Below the pieces are notes generated by a model. The model saw only the letters and a program-made list of their open reading frames with translations, was not told the DNA's origin and did no database searches. A stretch of 64,000 nucleotides of DNA. Source: Lachnospiraceae bacterium (lineage in GTDB: Bacteria > Bacillota > Clostridia > Lachnospirales > Lachnospiraceae). Of the stretch, positions 47,848 to 59,210 are shown one piece after another (position 1 is the stretch's first letter; each line of letters begins with the position of its first letter). Location: NCBI GenBank assembly GCA_045121095.1, contig JBGVFN010000058.1:646-64645 (forward strand), given 5' to 3'. The translations under genes and the position numbers were made by a program.

Positions 47848-49779
47848 TTATTCCTGAGCACCCTGTTCTTCTTTCTGTGTCGGTCCTTTCTGTCTGCTTC
47901 CATGCTGCTCCAGATAGACCACCAGTACAGAAATATCAGCCGGAGAAACTCCTGAAATACGGGAAGCCTGTCCTACTGACATGGGTTTATACAGATTCAG
48001 CTTCTGCATTGCTTCTTTGCGAAGTCCCTTTACCATATTATAATCAAAATCTACATACAGTTTTTTATTTTCCAGTTTCTTAAACTGCTTCACCTGCTGC
48101 ATCTGACGCTTAATGTAACCTTCATACTTTAACTGAATGTTCACCTGCTCTGTAACAGCATCGGGCAGTTCAGGGCGTTTGGTATCAATTTCTGCCAGCA
48201 TATCATAATTCAATTCAGGGCGCTTTACCAGCTCTGCTAAGGTAACACCACTCTTCAACTCTGTGCTTTCATGCGCTCTTAAAAATTCCTGAACCTTCTG
48301 GCTTGCACCAATGTTTGTCTGTTCTACACGGACAATCTCAGCTTCGATAGCCGCTTTTTTATCCAGTACTTTCTGATAATCTTCATCGGAAATCAGGCCG
48401 ATTTCATGACCGATTCCGGACAGACGCATGTCCGCATTATCCTGACGAAGCAGCAGACGATATTCCGCTCTGGATGTCATCATACGATAAGGTTCATGAT
48501 TTTCTTTTGTTACCAGGTCATCAATCAGTACTCCAATATAAGCCTGAGAGCGGTCCAGAATGATCTGCTCCTGCTGTTTTACACTTAAAGCGGCATTAAT
48601 ACCGGCAATTAAGCCCTGGGCTGCGGCTTCTTCATATCCGGAACTGCCGTTAAACTGACCGCCGGCAAATAAACCGGGGATGGTTTTAAATTCCAGAGTA
48701 GGTTTCAGCTGTCTGGGATTGATACAATCGTATTCAATTGCATATGCATTTCGAACAATTACAGCATTTTCCAGACCAGGTACCGTGTGATACATTGCAT
48801 ACTGAACGTCCTCCGGTAAGGAACTGGACATACCGCTTAAGTACATTTCATTGGTATAAAGTCCTTCAGGTTCTACAAAAACCTGATGTCTGTTTTTATC
48901 AGCAAATTTAACTACCTTGTCCTCGATAGACGGACAGTAACGGGGACCGGTTCCTTCAATGGCACCGGAAAACAGCGGTGAACGATCAATGTTGTCACGG
49001 ATAATTTTATGTGTTTCTTCATTGGTATAAGTCAGCCAGCAGGAAACCTGTTCCTTCTGTACCGATGCCGGGTCGGTGGAGAAAGAAAAAGGAACGACTT
49101 TTTCATCACCAAACTGCTCTTCCATTTTGGAAAAATCAATGGTTTTCTTATCCACACGAGCCGGTGTACCGGTCTTAAAACGATACATTTCAATACCGTG
49201 AGCAATCAAACTGTCTGTCAGATGATTGGCCGCCATGAGTCCGTTGGGGCCTGTATAATAGCTTACATCGCCATAAATGCATCTTGCACGGAGATAAGTT
49301 CCTGTACAAAGTACAGCGGCTTTACAGCCATATTCTGCGCCGGATACGGTTTTTACACCGATGATCTCATTATTTTCACCGGTTACAATCTCAGACACTT
49401 CCGCCTGACGGATGACCAGATGATCGGTATTTTCCAGTACTTTCCGCATCTGTCTGGAATAATCCTGTTTATCGGCCTGCGCACGCAGTGAATGTACAGC
49501 AGGTCCTTTTGACTGATTCAGCATCTTGGACTGAATAAAAGATTTATCAATATTTTTACCCATCTCGCCGCCCAGCGCGTCAATCTCCCGAACCAGATGG
49601 CCCTTGGAGCTGCCGCCGATATTGGGATTACAGGGCATCAGTGCAATACTGTCCACACTGACAGTAAACATAATGGTTTTCAATCCCAGACGCGCACTTG
49701 CCAGAGCTGCTTCACAGCCTGCATGTCCTGCACCTACTACAGCGATATCATATTCTTCCCTTAAAAATGGCATATTCAC
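47848..49779 (-). CDS. mnmG: tRNA uridine 5-carboxymethylaminomethyl modification enzyme MnmG
   Basis: 643 aa. [15 protein letters not shown] motif. Confidence 0.95.
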   Translation of the reverse strand: MNMPFLREEYDIAVVGAGHAGCEAALASARLGLKTIMFTVSVDSIALMPCNPNIGGSSKGHLVREIDALGGEMGKNIDKSFIQSKMLNQSKGPAVHSLRAQADKQDYSRQMRKVLENTDHLVIRQAEVSEIVTGENNEIIGVKTVSGAEYGCKAAVLCTGTYLRARCIYGDVSYYTGPNGLMAANHLTDSLIAHGIEMYRFKTGTPARVDKKTIDFSKMEEQFGDEKVVPFSFSTDPASVQKEQVSCWLTYTNEETHKIIRDNIDRSPLFSGAIEGTGPRYCPSIEDKVVKFADKNRHQVFVEPEGLYTNEMYLSGMSSSLPEDVQYAMYHTVPGLENAVIVRNAYAIEYDCINPRQLKPTLEFKTIPGLFAGGQFNGSSGYEEAAAQGLIAGINAALSVKQQEQIILDRSQAYIGVLIDDLVTKENHEPYRMMTSRAEYRLLLRQDNADMRLSGIGHEIGLISDEDYQKVLDKKAAIEAEIVRVEQTNIGASQKVQEFLRAHESTELKSGVTLAELVKRPELNYDMLAEIDTKRPELPDAVTEQVNIQLKYEGYIKRQMQQVKQFKKLENKKLYVDFDYNMVKGLRKEAMQKLNLYKPMSVGQASRISGVSPADISVLVVYLEQHGSRQKGPTQKEEQGAQE

Positions 49780-49825
49780 ACCTCATTTTTCTATAAATCC
49801 AATTCTCCCATTTCCCATAAAAATC

Positions 49826-51205
49826 CTACTTACCCATACAGAATTTGCTGAAAATCTCATTTACCAGATCATCGCATGCGGATTCTCCGGTGATGTACCC
49901 CAGCTGATCGTAGGCACTCATCATGTCAATGGTAAAAAAGTCTTCCGGCATACCGGCAGCGATGCTGTCCAGCACCAGATTCAGACTTCTATAAGCACTG
50001 TCCAGGGCAGCCTTATGTCTTGCACTGGTCAGATAAATTTCATCGTTAAACTTCAATTCTTCGGAATAAAACATTTCCTTAATGCGGTCCTTCAGGACAT
50101 CAAATCCTGTCCGCTCTTTTGCAGAAAATACCACAACACTCTGTTCGGGCATCATCTGACGGATTTCCTGTTCTGCCAGAACCGTATCCAGATCGCACTT
50201 ATTAAACAGTACAATGGATTTCTTGCCGGAAATACACTGTATAATCTCCCGGTCATTGTCATCCAGCGGTTTTGTAGCATCAATTACATATAATACCAGA
50301 TCCGCTTCCTCAGCCTGGCTTTTTGCCCGTTCTACGCCGATCTGCTCAACCACATCGGTGGTCTGACGGATACCTGCTGTATCCACAATATTCAAGCTGA
50401 TTCCGTCCAGCAGAATATGTTCTTCCAGCGTATCTCTGGTGGTTCCCGCAATATCCGTAACAATAGCTCTCTCACTGCCTACCATCAGATTCAGCAGGGA
50501 AGATTTTCCCGCATTGGGTTTCCCTAAAATGACGGTTTTAATCCCTTCTTTCAGAATTCTTCCATCATCTGCGCTGTCAGCCAGTTTTTCCATTTCCTGA
50601 ATCAAAGGTTTCAGTTTCTCTGCCAACTCTTCCCCATAATGATCCATGGGATAATGCTCCGGATCATCCAGAGCAGATTCAATGTAAGCCATTTCATAAA
50701 GCAGCTTGCTTCGGATATCTTTAATCTTTTCTGATACCGAACCGGATAACTGCTTCACAGCACTTTTCAATGCAAAATCATTTTGTGAATTAATAATGTC
50801 GATGACCGCTTCTGCCTGAGAAAGATCCATACGGCCATTTAAAAATGCTCGTTTGGTAAACTCACCTGCTTCTGCAGGACGTGCTCCCTCTGCAATTACC
50901 GCATCCAGAATCTTCTTCATAACCAGTATGCCGCCATGACAGTTAATTTCCACCACATCTTCAGCTGTATAACTGCGGGGGCCTCTCATAACAGAAACCA
51001 GCACTTCATCAATAATCTGGCCATCTTTCGCAATATGCCCATAATGCAGAGTATGTGTTGCCACATTCTCAAGCTTTTTCCCCTTCTTCTTTGCCGTAAA
51101 AATCCGATCTGCAATGGCAATGGCATCGAACCCGCTGATTCTCACAATACCAATACCGGAGTGAGACATGGCCGTACCGATTGCAGCAATTGTATCATGA
51201 TCCAT
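49826..51205 (-). CDS. mnmE: tRNA modification GTPase MnmE
   Basis: ORF trimmed to MDHDTIAAIGT. GKPNAGKSS G1 motif and C-terminal CMGK. Confidence 0.95.
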   Translation of the reverse strand: MDHDTIAAIGTAMSHSGIGIVRISGFDAIAIADRIFTAKKKGKKLENVATHTLHYGHIAKDGQIIDEVLVSVMRGPRSYTAEDVVEINCHGGILVMKKILDAVIAEGARPAEAGEFTKRAFLNGRMDLSQAEAVIDIINSQNDFALKSAVKQLSGSVSEKIKDIRSKLLYEMAYIESALDDPEHYPMDHYGEELAEKLKPLIQEMEKLADSADDGRILKEGIKTVILGKPNAGKSSLLNLMVGSERAIVTDIAGTTRDTLEEHILLDGISLNIVDTAGIRQTTDVVEQIGVERAKSQAEEADLVLYVIDATKPLDDNDREIIQCISGKKSIVLFNKCDLDTVLAEQEIRQMMPEQSVVVFSAKERTGFDVLKDRIKEMFYSEELKFNDEIYLTSARHKAALDSAYRSLNLVLDSIAAGMPEDFFTIDMMSAYDQLGYITGESACDDLVNEIFSKFCMGK

Positions 51206-51443
51206 TTTTGTGACCTGTATCCTTTCTATACGATTCTCTTTCCATATCGTCAATGGAAAAAATGGGTACATCCTCTTGCCCGCAGAGAGACATTTTATAA
51301 GATTCTATACCACGTTATGCAATTTCATAGTTTACAGGATTCTTCAAATTCCTGCAATAACGATCCATACAAAAACCGTGTTTTTATAGCAGAAAAAGCC
51401 GTGCTGCACCACAGCACGGCCTCAACTCTCAAATTCCGGCGAA

Positions 51444-52388
51444 TTAATCTTCCTTCTTAACCTCTTTGGTTTCTACTTCCGCATTTTCTGATTTATTATA
51501 ATCTCTGCGTTTGTATCCACCTTTTTTGTTGTAGGAGCCGTTATTGTTATAACGGTTATATCCGCCTTTACCGCCGTTCGGTCTGCTGTTGTAAGATCTT
51601 TCACGTTTCAGTGAAATCACAACGTGTCTGAACGGTTCTTCCCCTTCACTTCTGGTAACAACATATCTGTCGTTCTGAAGTGCGGCATGAATCACTCGTC
51701 TTTCATAAGGATTCATAGGTTCCAGAGCCACTGGTTTCTTGGTTCTCTTTACTTTAAAAGCAATGTTCTTTGCCAGATTTTCCAGTGTTTCTTTTCTTCT
51801 TTCACGATAATTTTCAGTATCCAGTTTAACACGGATATATTCTTCCTGATTTTTGTTCGCCACAAGACCAGTCAGATACTGTAAGGAATCCAGTGTCTGT
51901 CCTCTCTTGCCGATCAGAATGCCCATATCTTCGCCAATCATATTGATGTCCAGAACATTTTCTGTTTCATCAAATTTACTGTCTACTGATACCTGAAGAC
52001 CCATGGCATTACATACCTGGGTAATAAACTCTTCCGGTGTAGATGCAACTTTTACGTCAGATTTCTTCTCTGTCTTTACAGCAGCCGGTTCTTCTGCTTT
52101 CACAGTTTCTTTTACAGCTGCTTTCTGTACAGGAGCTTCTTCCTTTTTCATTTCAGAAACTTTTTCTTCTTTTACAGAAGGTTCCATGAAACTTTTCAGT
52201 TCTTCTGACAGTGCATCTTCCTTGATCCATGCTTTGATTACAGCCGGTTTGCTGCCGATTCCAAAAAATCCGCTGCGACCTTCGCTGATCACTTCGTATT
52301 CCAGTCTGTCACTATTGATACCAAGTTTAAGCATAGCCTGTGTAAGAGCTTCATCTACATTTTTTGCAGAAATTTCAATCTTATTCAT
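51444..52388 (-). CDS. jag: Jag/KhpB RNA-binding protein (KH and R3H domains) with low-complexity insertions
   Basis: Jag_N, KH and R3H blocks (ERRVIHAAL). K/E-rich linker and G/Y/N-rich C-terminal tail. Confidence 0.85.
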   Translation of the reverse strand: MNKIEISAKNVDEALTQAMLKLGINSDRLEYEVISEGRSGFFGIGSKPAVIKAWIKEDALSEELKSFMEPSVKEEKVSEMKKEEAPVQKAAVKETVKAEEPAAVKTEKKSDVKVASTPEEFITQVCNAMGLQVSVDSKFDETENVLDINMIGEDMGILIGKRGQTLDSLQYLTGLVANKNQEEYIRVKLDTENYRERRKETLENLAKNIAFKVKRTKKPVALEPMNPYERRVIHAALQNDRYVVTRSEGEEPFRHVVISLKRERSYNSRPNGGKGGYNRYNNNGSYNKKGGYKRRDYNKSENAEVETKEVKKED

Positions 52389-52408
52389 ATGTGACCTCTT
52401 ACATCGCC

Positions 52409-52438
52409 CAAGTTCAGCCCTGCTGAACTGTTACTATC
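52409..52438. repeat. REP-like hairpin (GTTCAGC family)
   Basis: caagttcagccctgctgaactgttactat between yidC and jag. Confidence 0.6.
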
Positions 52439-52449
52439 TAATCTACAAC

Positions 52450-53730
52450 TTATTTGTTGTTTTTTTCGTTAAAATCTTTTACCATTCTCGCTCTGGCTGC
52501 AATACTTCCCTTTTCATACTGCTTGTTATAATAAGCAGAACTGTCGGTAGTATTTTTCACAGAAGAAGGCATTGTCTTTTCTTTCTTCACAGATTCCGCC
52601 TGCATATTAACAACTTTACCGTTGCGTACATAGGTACCATCCGCATTAATTTCGGGCAATCCCTGTTTTGCACGTTTCTTGTTCTGTTTTGCAAGCTTCT
52701 GCTCAACAATCTTATCTGTGCCTACTTTTTCAAAATATTTGTTAACCAGATACTGAATAACGGTTCTTACAACTGCACTGGCAATCCAGTATACACCCAG
52801 ACCTGCAGGCAGAGTGATACAGAATACAGCAGACATAATGGGCATAAAGGTATTCATGCTCTTCATGGTTGCTGCGGTCGGATCGTTGGGATTGTTTGGA
52901 GTATTCTGTCCAGCAGAAGATACTTTAATGGACAGCCACTGAGTAAACCATGCCAGCAAAGGAATGATCAGTGCGATGGAAAGCTTAAATCCAGGCGCTT
53001 CCGCCAGATTGATGCCGCCCAGGAAAGAGTTCATCTCTGTGATTTTTTCCAGATAAGGACTAATCTGCTCCTGAAGTGCAGGGAACAGCTTGTTAAACTC
53101 TGCCCAGTCCGCGCTGTCAAACTTATAAAACAGATCAATGATGTAATTTACAGACTCAGTTGTGGAACCATCAAAATTATATTTATCAGGTGACATGGTA
53201 TTGGCTGTTGCCAGATCTGCAATCTTTTCTGCAAAACCACTCTGTGTTAATGCCAGATCTACAATATGCTGGAACTGTTCTTTAATGGCACCAACATAAC
53301 CGGGGATCTGATAAATAACACGGTACAGCGCAAGCATGATCGGGAACTGAATCAGTGTAGGCAGACAGCCTGATGTGGGGCTGTAACCATACTTATCATA
53401 GATCATCTGTGTTTCTCTTTGTTGTTTTTCTAATGAAGCCTGATCTTTTTTACCTCTGTATTTCTCAGTAATCTTTGCAATTTCCGGCTGGATTACTGTA
53501 TTCAGCTTCATATTTTTCTGTGAGCTGATTGTTAACGGAATCATCAGCACGTTAACAACCACAGTAAATAAAATAATTGCGAGACCGATATTGGGAATTC
53601 CGATTGCAGATAAAGCATTAAATAAGCCATCCATCAGAACACCCAGAAGTCTTGCTACCGGTCCTACAATACTTCCGTCATACTGTGTCAGTAAGATAAA
53701 ATTCAAAGGAGTACCTCCTAATCCTGTCAT
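52450..53730 (-). CDS. yidC: Membrane protein insertase YidC/SpoIIIJ (long form)
   Basis: 426 aa. YidC core TM pattern (QPEI..KYK, GCLP) and a basic C-terminal tail. Confidence 0.9.
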   Translation of the reverse strand: MTGLGGTPLNFILLTQYDGSIVGPVARLLGVLMDGLFNALSAIGIPNIGLAIILFTVVVNVLMIPLTISSQKNMKLNTVIQPEIAKITEKYRGKKDQASLEKQQRETQMIYDKYGYSPTSGCLPTLIQFPIMLALYRVIYQIPGYVGAIKEQFQHIVDLALTQSGFAEKIADLATANTMSPDKYNFDGSTTESVNYIIDLFYKFDSADWAEFNKLFPALQEQISPYLEKITEMNSFLGGINLAEAPGFKLSIALIIPLLAWFTQWLSIKVSSAGQNTPNNPNDPTAATMKSMNTFMPIMSAVFCITLPAGLGVYWIASAVVRTVIQYLVNKYFEKVGTDKIVEQKLAKQNKKRAKQGLPEINADGTYVRNGKVVNMQAESVKKEKTMPSSVKNTTDSSAYYNKQYEKGSIAARARMVKDFNEKNNK

Positions 53731-53960
53731 GGAACGGGATCATACCCGCCCTTTGCAAAAGGATTACATCTCAAAATGCGCCAAACCGCAAGTGCTCCTC
53801 CTTTAAGGGCTCCATATCGCTCAATGGCAATGATTGCATACTGTGAACATGTAGGTACATATTTACAGCACGGAGCCTTCATTGGTGAAATATATCTGCG
53901 GTAAAACCTGATCAGGGCAATCAAGCATTTTTTCATCGATTCCTCTTTCTTTTCATTCAT
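53727..53960 (-). CDS. yidD: Membrane protein insertion efficiency factor YidD
   Basis: [21 protein letters not shown] signature. The start is either 53960 (ATGAATGA overlap with rnpA) or 53936 (AGAGGAA RBS). Confidence 0.85.
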   Translation of the reverse strand: MNEKKEESMKKCLIALIRFYRRYISPMKAPCCKYVPTCSQYAIIAIERYGALKGGALAVWRILRCNPFAKGGYDPVP

Positions 53961-54303
53961 GTCTGCTTTCTGAAACAGTCAACAGACCATGAAGCCTGGC
54001 TAGGTGCAGTAATGCACTCTCGATTTCACTGTAATTTCTGCCTTTTGCGTCTTTTCTGGCTACAACCACGATGTCGCAGCCTGTCCGGAACCTGTTTTCA
54101 TTCAGCCTATAACTTTCCTTTATAAGCCGCTTTACACGATGTCTTACTACACTATTTCCTACTTTTTTACTAACGGAAATCCCAAGTCTGCCATCATGTC
54201 CCTCCTGCGCGGTCGCCAGGTACATAACGAGGTATCTGTTGGCATAGGATTTGCCGGTTCTGTAAACTGTTAAAAAATCCCTGTTGTTTTTAATTGATTC
54301 CAT
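53953..54303 (-). CDS. rnpA: Ribonuclease P protein component
   Basis: ORF trimmed to [32 protein letters not shown] motif. Confidence 0.9.
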   Translation of the reverse strand: MESIKNNRDFLTVYRTGKSYANRYLVMYLATAQEGHDGRLGISVSKKVGNSVVRHRVKRLIKESYRLNENRFRTGCDIVVVARKDAKGRNYSEIESALLHLARLHGLLTVSESRHE

Positions 54304-54448
54304 TTGACTCTTCTTTGATACTATATGAAATAAATAATATGGAACTAAACTCTGCTGAATATACCTCAGATGAAATAATTCCAATGCAATCATTATGCTT
54401 ATTTACCCACTCAGTAAAAAAGGCCACATCAACTGCGGCCTTACTGAA

Positions 54449-54583
54449 TTATGCGGATAATTTCTTTCTGCCTTTTGCTCTTCTTGCCTGCAGAACTTTT
54501 CTGCCGCCGGGAGTGCTCATTCTTGCTCTGAATCCGTGAACTTTAGATCTCTGTCTCTTTTTAGGCTGGAATGTCATCTTCAT
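54449..54583 (-). CDS. rpmH: 50S ribosomal protein L34
   Basis: Not in the ORF track (44 aa). Translates to [52 protein letters not shown]. Confidence 0.95.
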   Translation of the reverse strand: MKMTFQPKKRQRSKVHGFRARMSTPGGRKVLQARRAKGRKKLSA

Positions 54584-54699
54584 CTCGTATACACCTCCTT
54601 TTCCTGTGGTAGCAACACATCGTTACCATTATATATAATCAATCCCATTCCGTCAAGCCATTTTTTTTGAAGTTTTTTTCATAAAAAGTTAACATTTTA

Positions 54700-55070
54700 G
54701 CTTATCCACGTGATTTTTCAGTTATTCACCTGCTTTCTACAGCTTATACACAAGTTTTCAACTATCCACATTTTGTGGATAACCTGTGGATAATCTAAAG
54801 TGCAAACCACAATATATGGTTGTCCACATCCCATATTTTTCGTTTTTCCCCCAAAATATCTGTGAAAAACTTATTCACTTTATCCACATTTTTCTCTTTT
54901 ACGGCAGTTATCCACATAAATTTACCATTTTATCTATTAACATTATTCACATTGCAGAAAAATCTTTATTTTTTTGTATTCCATTGCTATCTTTTTCATT
55001 TTGTAGTAAACTGATACTAATCAAAAATAGAATGTGCATACTGTCACCTTCAGTAATTGTGGATAACTTT
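54700..55070. other. oriC, upstream DnaA-box cluster (rpmH-dnaA spacer)
   Basis: Perfect TTATCCACA boxes at 54774, 54785, 54880, 54908 and 55058, plus at least 6 one- or two-mismatch boxes. An inverted box pair lies at 54762..54782. Confidence 0.9.
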
Positions 55071-55161
55071 ACAAATCACAATTGCTGTTTTTATACGGCT
55101 TTTTTCCCCGTATTTTCAAAAGTTATGCACATTTCCATAGAAACACCCAGAGGAGTTATAC

Positions 55162-56526
55162 ATGTTAGAGACAGTACAAAAAAACTGGGAAGAAATTATT
55201 TCCAAACTAAAGGTGGACCAGGAGCTTTCTGATATTTCATTCCACACCTGGATTGAACCGCTGAAACCTGTAGCCATCGATGGAGACGAAATACTGGTTT
55301 TATACCCAGGGGAGAAATTTGGTCTGGACTATATCCAGCAGAAGAAATATGATTTTTTCCTGCAGCTTCATATTCAGGAAGTTACAGGTACCAGCTGCCG
55401 CGTCCGTTTCATTATGAAAGATGACGTACCCAGCCAGCCTGTTATCAAAAAATCATCTGTTTCTTCTAATAATAATGTACCCACCGGATTAAACCGGAAG
55501 TACACTTTCGAAAGTTTCGTGGTAGGTTCCAACAACCGTATGGCTCACGCTGCTTCACTGGCAGTAGCTGAATCACCGGCCGAAGCTTTCAACCCGCTTT
55601 TTATCTACGGCGGCGTGGGACTTGGCAAAACCCATCTGATGCATTCAATTGGTAATTTTATTTTAGAAAAAGATCCGGATAAAAAAGTGATGTATGTCAC
55701 CTCCGAAGCTTTCACCATCGAACTGATTGATTCCATCCGTAATAAAAATAACAACAATGACAACACAACCTCTGAATTTCGCGCCAAATATCGCAACAAT
55801 GATGTCTTATTAGTCGACGATATTCAGTTTATTATTGGTAAAGACAGTACTCAGGAAGAATTTTTCCATACCTTTAATACACTTTACCAGGCGAAAAAGC
55901 AGATTATTATTTCTTCAGATCGTCCGCCCAACGAAATGGAACTGCTGGAAGAACGACTGCGCTCCCGCTTTGCCGGCGGCCTGACAGTAAGTATTTCCGC
56001 ACCGGATTATGAAACCCGTATGGCAATTCTTCGTAAGAAAGACGCTGATGAAGGCTATAATATTGATAATGAAATTATTAAATATATTGCCACCCACGTG
56101 AAATCAAATATCCGTGAGCTGGAAGGTGCTCTTACAAAAATCGTAGCATTTTCCCGTCTCCAGAATACAGAAATCACACTGGACATGGCAGCTGAAATCC
56201 TGAAAGATCAGCTTGGACCTGCAGAACCCAGAGAAATCACTCCGGAACTGATCATTGAAACAGTTGCGGATCATTTCCATGTTTCCGTGAAAGATCTGAT
56301 CTCACCTAAACGAAGCAAAGATATTGCCTATCCCAGACAGATTGCCATGTATCTTTGCAAGGATATGACCTCAGTCCCTCTTATTAAAATAGGAAGTTGT
56401 CTTGGCAATCGTGACCACGCAACCATTATCCATGGCTGCGAAAAGATTAAAAAAGACCTTTCCGGCAACGAAAATCTGCAGTCTACCATTGAAACCCTGA
56501 AGAAAAAAATCAACCCTCCTTTATAA
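55162..56526 (+). CDS. dnaA: Chromosomal replication initiator DnaA
   Basis: 454 aa. GGVGLGKTHL Walker A and a C-terminal DNA-binding domain. Confidence 0.97.
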   Translation: MLETVQKNWEEIISKLKVDQELSDISFHTWIEPLKPVAIDGDEILVLYPGEKFGLDYIQQKKYDFFLQLHIQEVTGTSCRVRFIMKDDVPSQPVIKKSSVSSNNNVPTGLNRKYTFESFVVGSNNRMAHAASLAVAESPAEAFNPLFIYGGVGLGKTHLMHSIGNFILEKDPDKKVMYVTSEAFTIELIDSIRNKNNNNDNTTSEFRAKYRNNDVLLVDDIQFIIGKDSTQEEFFHTFNTLYQAKKQIIISSDRPPNEMELLEERLRSRFAGGLTVSISAPDYETRMAILRKKDADEGYNIDNEIIKYIATHVKSNIRELEGALTKIVAFSRLQNTEITLDMAAEILKDQLGPAEPREITPELIIETVADHFHVSVKDLISPKRSKDIAYPRQIAMYLCKDMTSVPLIKIGSCLGNRDHATIIHGCEKIKKDLSGNENLQSTIETLKKKINPPL

Positions 56527-56535
56527 ACATAAGGG

Positions 56536-56766
56536 TGTGGATATCCTGTTGAATTTTTGTGGATGAAATTCACAGTGATTCTGAGTGTTTATAACTTCAG
56601 AATTATCCTCAGGTTCAGGTCTTGTTATCAACCAGTTTTCCCATTGTGGAAAACCTTATATTTTCAAGCATTTTAGGGGTTATCCACATATCCACAGCCC
56701 CTACTACTGATACTACTGAAAATAATATATTTATATATCCATTTATACGGAAAGGGGTTATTCACA
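56536..56766. other. oriC, downstream DnaA-box cluster with candidate DnaA-trios and an AT-rich unwinding element (dnaA-dnaN spacer)
   Basis: Boxes at 56536, 56558, 56645, 56680 (perfect), 56688 and 56758. GC cluster agcccc, then TACTACTGATACTACTGA, then aaaataatatatttatatat. Confidence 0.8.
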
Positions 56767-56769
56767 TTC

Positions 56770-57876
56770 ATGAAAGTCTATTTTGAAAAATCAGCCCTCA
56801 TGAGTGCTATCAACACAGTCTTAAAAGCAGTTCCTTCTAAGACGAATTATAAAATATTAGAATGCATCTTGATCGATGCACGTCAATCTTATGTAAAATT
56901 TACTACTAATGACACCGAACTGGGTATCGAAACAACCATTGATGCACGTATTGAAACACCTGGTATTACTGCAATTAATGCAAAACTTTTTGCAGAAATC
57001 ATCCGGAAACTTCCGGATAATGAAATTCTTCTTCAGATTAAGGACAATACTGCATTAATTCAGTGTGAAAATGCTAAGTTTAAGATCATGTGTGATGATC
57101 CGGATACCTATATTCAGCTGCCTCAGTTCAGCAAGGATAAATCCATCACCATGTCACAGTATGCATTGAAAGAGGTAATACGTCAGACGATTTTCTCTAT
57201 TTCCATGAATGACACCAATCTGGCTATGGCTGGTGAGTTATTTGAAGTAAAGGAAAACCAGTTGAGAGTGTGCTCCCTGGACGGACACCGAATTTCCATT
57301 CGTAAAGTAGAACTGAACGATGTTTATCCTAATTTTGAAGTAGTAGTGCCCGGTAAGTCTCTGAGTGAGATTAGTAAGATTCTTACCGGAGAAGCTGATC
57401 ATGAAGTTCGGATCTTCTTCTCCAGAAATCATATTTCCTTTGAGTTTGACCAGACCATCGTTGTCAGCCGCCTTATTGATAAAAAGTACTTTAACGTTGA
57501 TCAGATGCTGAGCAACGACTACGAAACCTGTATTACCGTTAACAAAAAAATCTTATTAGACAGTATTGAACGGTCTACACTGCTGATTAAAGAAAGCGAT
57601 AAGAAACCGATCATTTTCAATATCAGTGAAAATTCCATGGAATTAATCATGAATTCCTCTCTGGGATCCATGCGCGATGAAATCATGGTGAACCAGTTTG
57701 GTAAAGATATCATGATCGGATTTAACCCCAGATTCATGATTGAAGCGCTGCGTGTTATTGATGACGAAGAAGTTCAGCTTTATACCATTAATGCAAAAGC
57801 TCCCTGCTTTATCAAAGATCAGGAAGAAAATTATATTTATTTAATCCTGCCGGTAAACTTTAATCTGGCGAGATAG
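56770..57876 (+). CDS. dnaN: DNA polymerase III beta sliding clamp
   Basis: 368 aa, conserved position and sequence. Confidence 0.95.
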   Translation: MKVYFEKSALMSAINTVLKAVPSKTNYKILECILIDARQSYVKFTTNDTELGIETTIDARIETPGITAINAKLFAEIIRKLPDNEILLQIKDNTALIQCENAKFKIMCDDPDTYIQLPQFSKDKSITMSQYALKEVIRQTIFSISMNDTNLAMAGELFEVKENQLRVCSLDGHRISIRKVELNDVYPNFEVVVPGKSLSEISKILTGEADHEVRIFFSRNHISFEFDQTIVVSRLIDKKYFNVDQMLSNDYETCITVNKKILLDSIERSTLLIKESDKKPIIFNISENSMELIMNSSLGSMRDEIMVNQFGKDIMIGFNPRFMIEALRVIDDEEVQLYTINAKAPCFIKDQEENYIYLILPVNFNLAR

Positions 57877-57903
57877 TAAAAAGGAATCATAAGGAGAAAG
57901 TTT

Positions 57904-58119
57904 ATGAATGAATTAAAGTTAAGACCAGAAGATGAATTCATCAAATTAGGTCAGGCTTTGAAAGCTGTGAATATGGTGTCTTCCGGAGTGGAAGCCAAGA
58001 TTGTAATCCAGAACGGTGAAGTTCTGGTTAATGGTGAGGTGGATACACGCCGGGGCAAAAAGTTATACGATGGTGATACATTTACTTATCAGGGAGAGAC
58101 CGTGAAGGTTATTCGATAG
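57904..58119 (+). CDS. yaaA: S4-domain RNA-binding protein YaaA
   Basis: 71 aa. Conserved dnaN-yaaA-recF order. Confidence 0.85.
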   Translation: MNELKLRPEDEFIKLGQALKAVNMVSSGVEAKIVIQNGEVLVNGEVDTRRGKKLYDGDTFTYQGETVKVIR

Positions 58120-58122
58120 TTC

Positions 58123-59208
58123 ATGATTATTAAACGTCTGGATCTGATGAATTTCAGAAATTATGAGACACTGACTCTGGAACCGGGGGATGGAACTAAC
58201 ATTTTCTATGGGGATAATGCCCAGGGAAAGACCAATGTGCTGGAAAGTATTTATATGTGTTCATCTGCCCGGTCTCACAGAGCTTCCAGAGATCGGGAAA
58301 TGATCCGATTTGATGCAGAAGAAGCCCATATTAAAATGCTGGTGGATAAGCACGGTTCCCAATACCGCATTGATATGCATTTGAAAAAGAGTAAATCAAA
58401 GGGGATTGCTGTTAATGGAATCCCCATAAAAAAAGTAAGTGAATTGTTTGGTATTGTAAATATTATCTTTTTTTCACCGGAGGATTTGAATCTGGTGAAA
58501 AAAGGACCCGCAGAACGACGTCGTTTTATTGATTTTGAGCTTTGCCAGTTGGACAAGGTCTATACCAATCACTTGATGAATTATAATAAAGTTCTGCTGC
58601 AGAGAAACAAGCTTTTGAAAGATATGGCTTTTAATCCGGCCTTATCAGATACCTTGTCCGTGTGGGACGAACAACTGATCGCTTATGGTGAGTCTGTTAT
58701 GAAAGACCGGGCAAAATTTGTTGAACAACTGAATTCGGTTATTCAGGGGCTTCATGAAACCTTAACCGGCGGTAAGGAAAAGATTGAGATTGTTTATGAA
58801 CCGGATGCTGCACCGGGCCGCTTTGAAGATGAACTTCATGGAAGCCGGGAAAGAGATTTGAAACAGCATTCTACCTGCAAGGGGCCTCATCGGGATGATA
58901 TTTGTTTTCTGGTAAATGGAATTGATATTCGCAAATACGGGTCTCAGGGGCAGCAGAGGACGGCGGCTTTGTCATTGAAACTGTCAGAAATTGAATTAGT
59001 GCGTCGGTTGATTCATGATACCCCCATACTTTTGTTGGATGATGTTTTGTCGGAACTGGACAGCTCCAGGCAGACCCAGCTGCTGGCTACCATAAAGGAT
59101 ACACAGACCTTTATTACCTGTACTGGTCTGGATGAATTTGTAAATTGCAGATTTCCCATAGATTCTCTGTTTGAAGTATCCGCAGGAACTGCAGTACGGA
59201 AAAATTAA
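58123..59208 (+). CDS. recF: DNA replication/repair protein RecF
   Basis: 361 aa. GDNAQGKTN Walker A and LLLDDVLSELD Walker B. Confidence 0.95.
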   Translation: MIIKRLDLMNFRNYETLTLEPGDGTNIFYGDNAQGKTNVLESIYMCSSARSHRASRDREMIRFDAEEAHIKMLVDKHGSQYRIDMHLKKSKSKGIAVNGIPIKKVSELFGIVNIIFFSPEDLNLVKKGPAERRRFIDFELCQLDKVYTNHLMNYNKVLLQRNKLLKDMAFNPALSDTLSVWDEQLIAYGESVMKDRAKFVEQLNSVIQGLHETLTGGKEKIEIVYEPDAAPGRFEDELHGSRERDLKQHSTCKGPHRDDICFLVNGIDIRKYGSQGQQRTAALSLKLSEIELVRRLIHDTPILLLDDVLSELDSSRQTQLLATIKDTQTFITCTGLDEFVNCRFPIDSLFEVSAGTAVRKN

Positions 59209-59210
59209 GT

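Noticed and set aside
52003-53193. 396-aa plus-strand ORF.
   Set aside because: It is antisense to jag and yidC, both strongly supported conserved genes. It is a shadow ORF.
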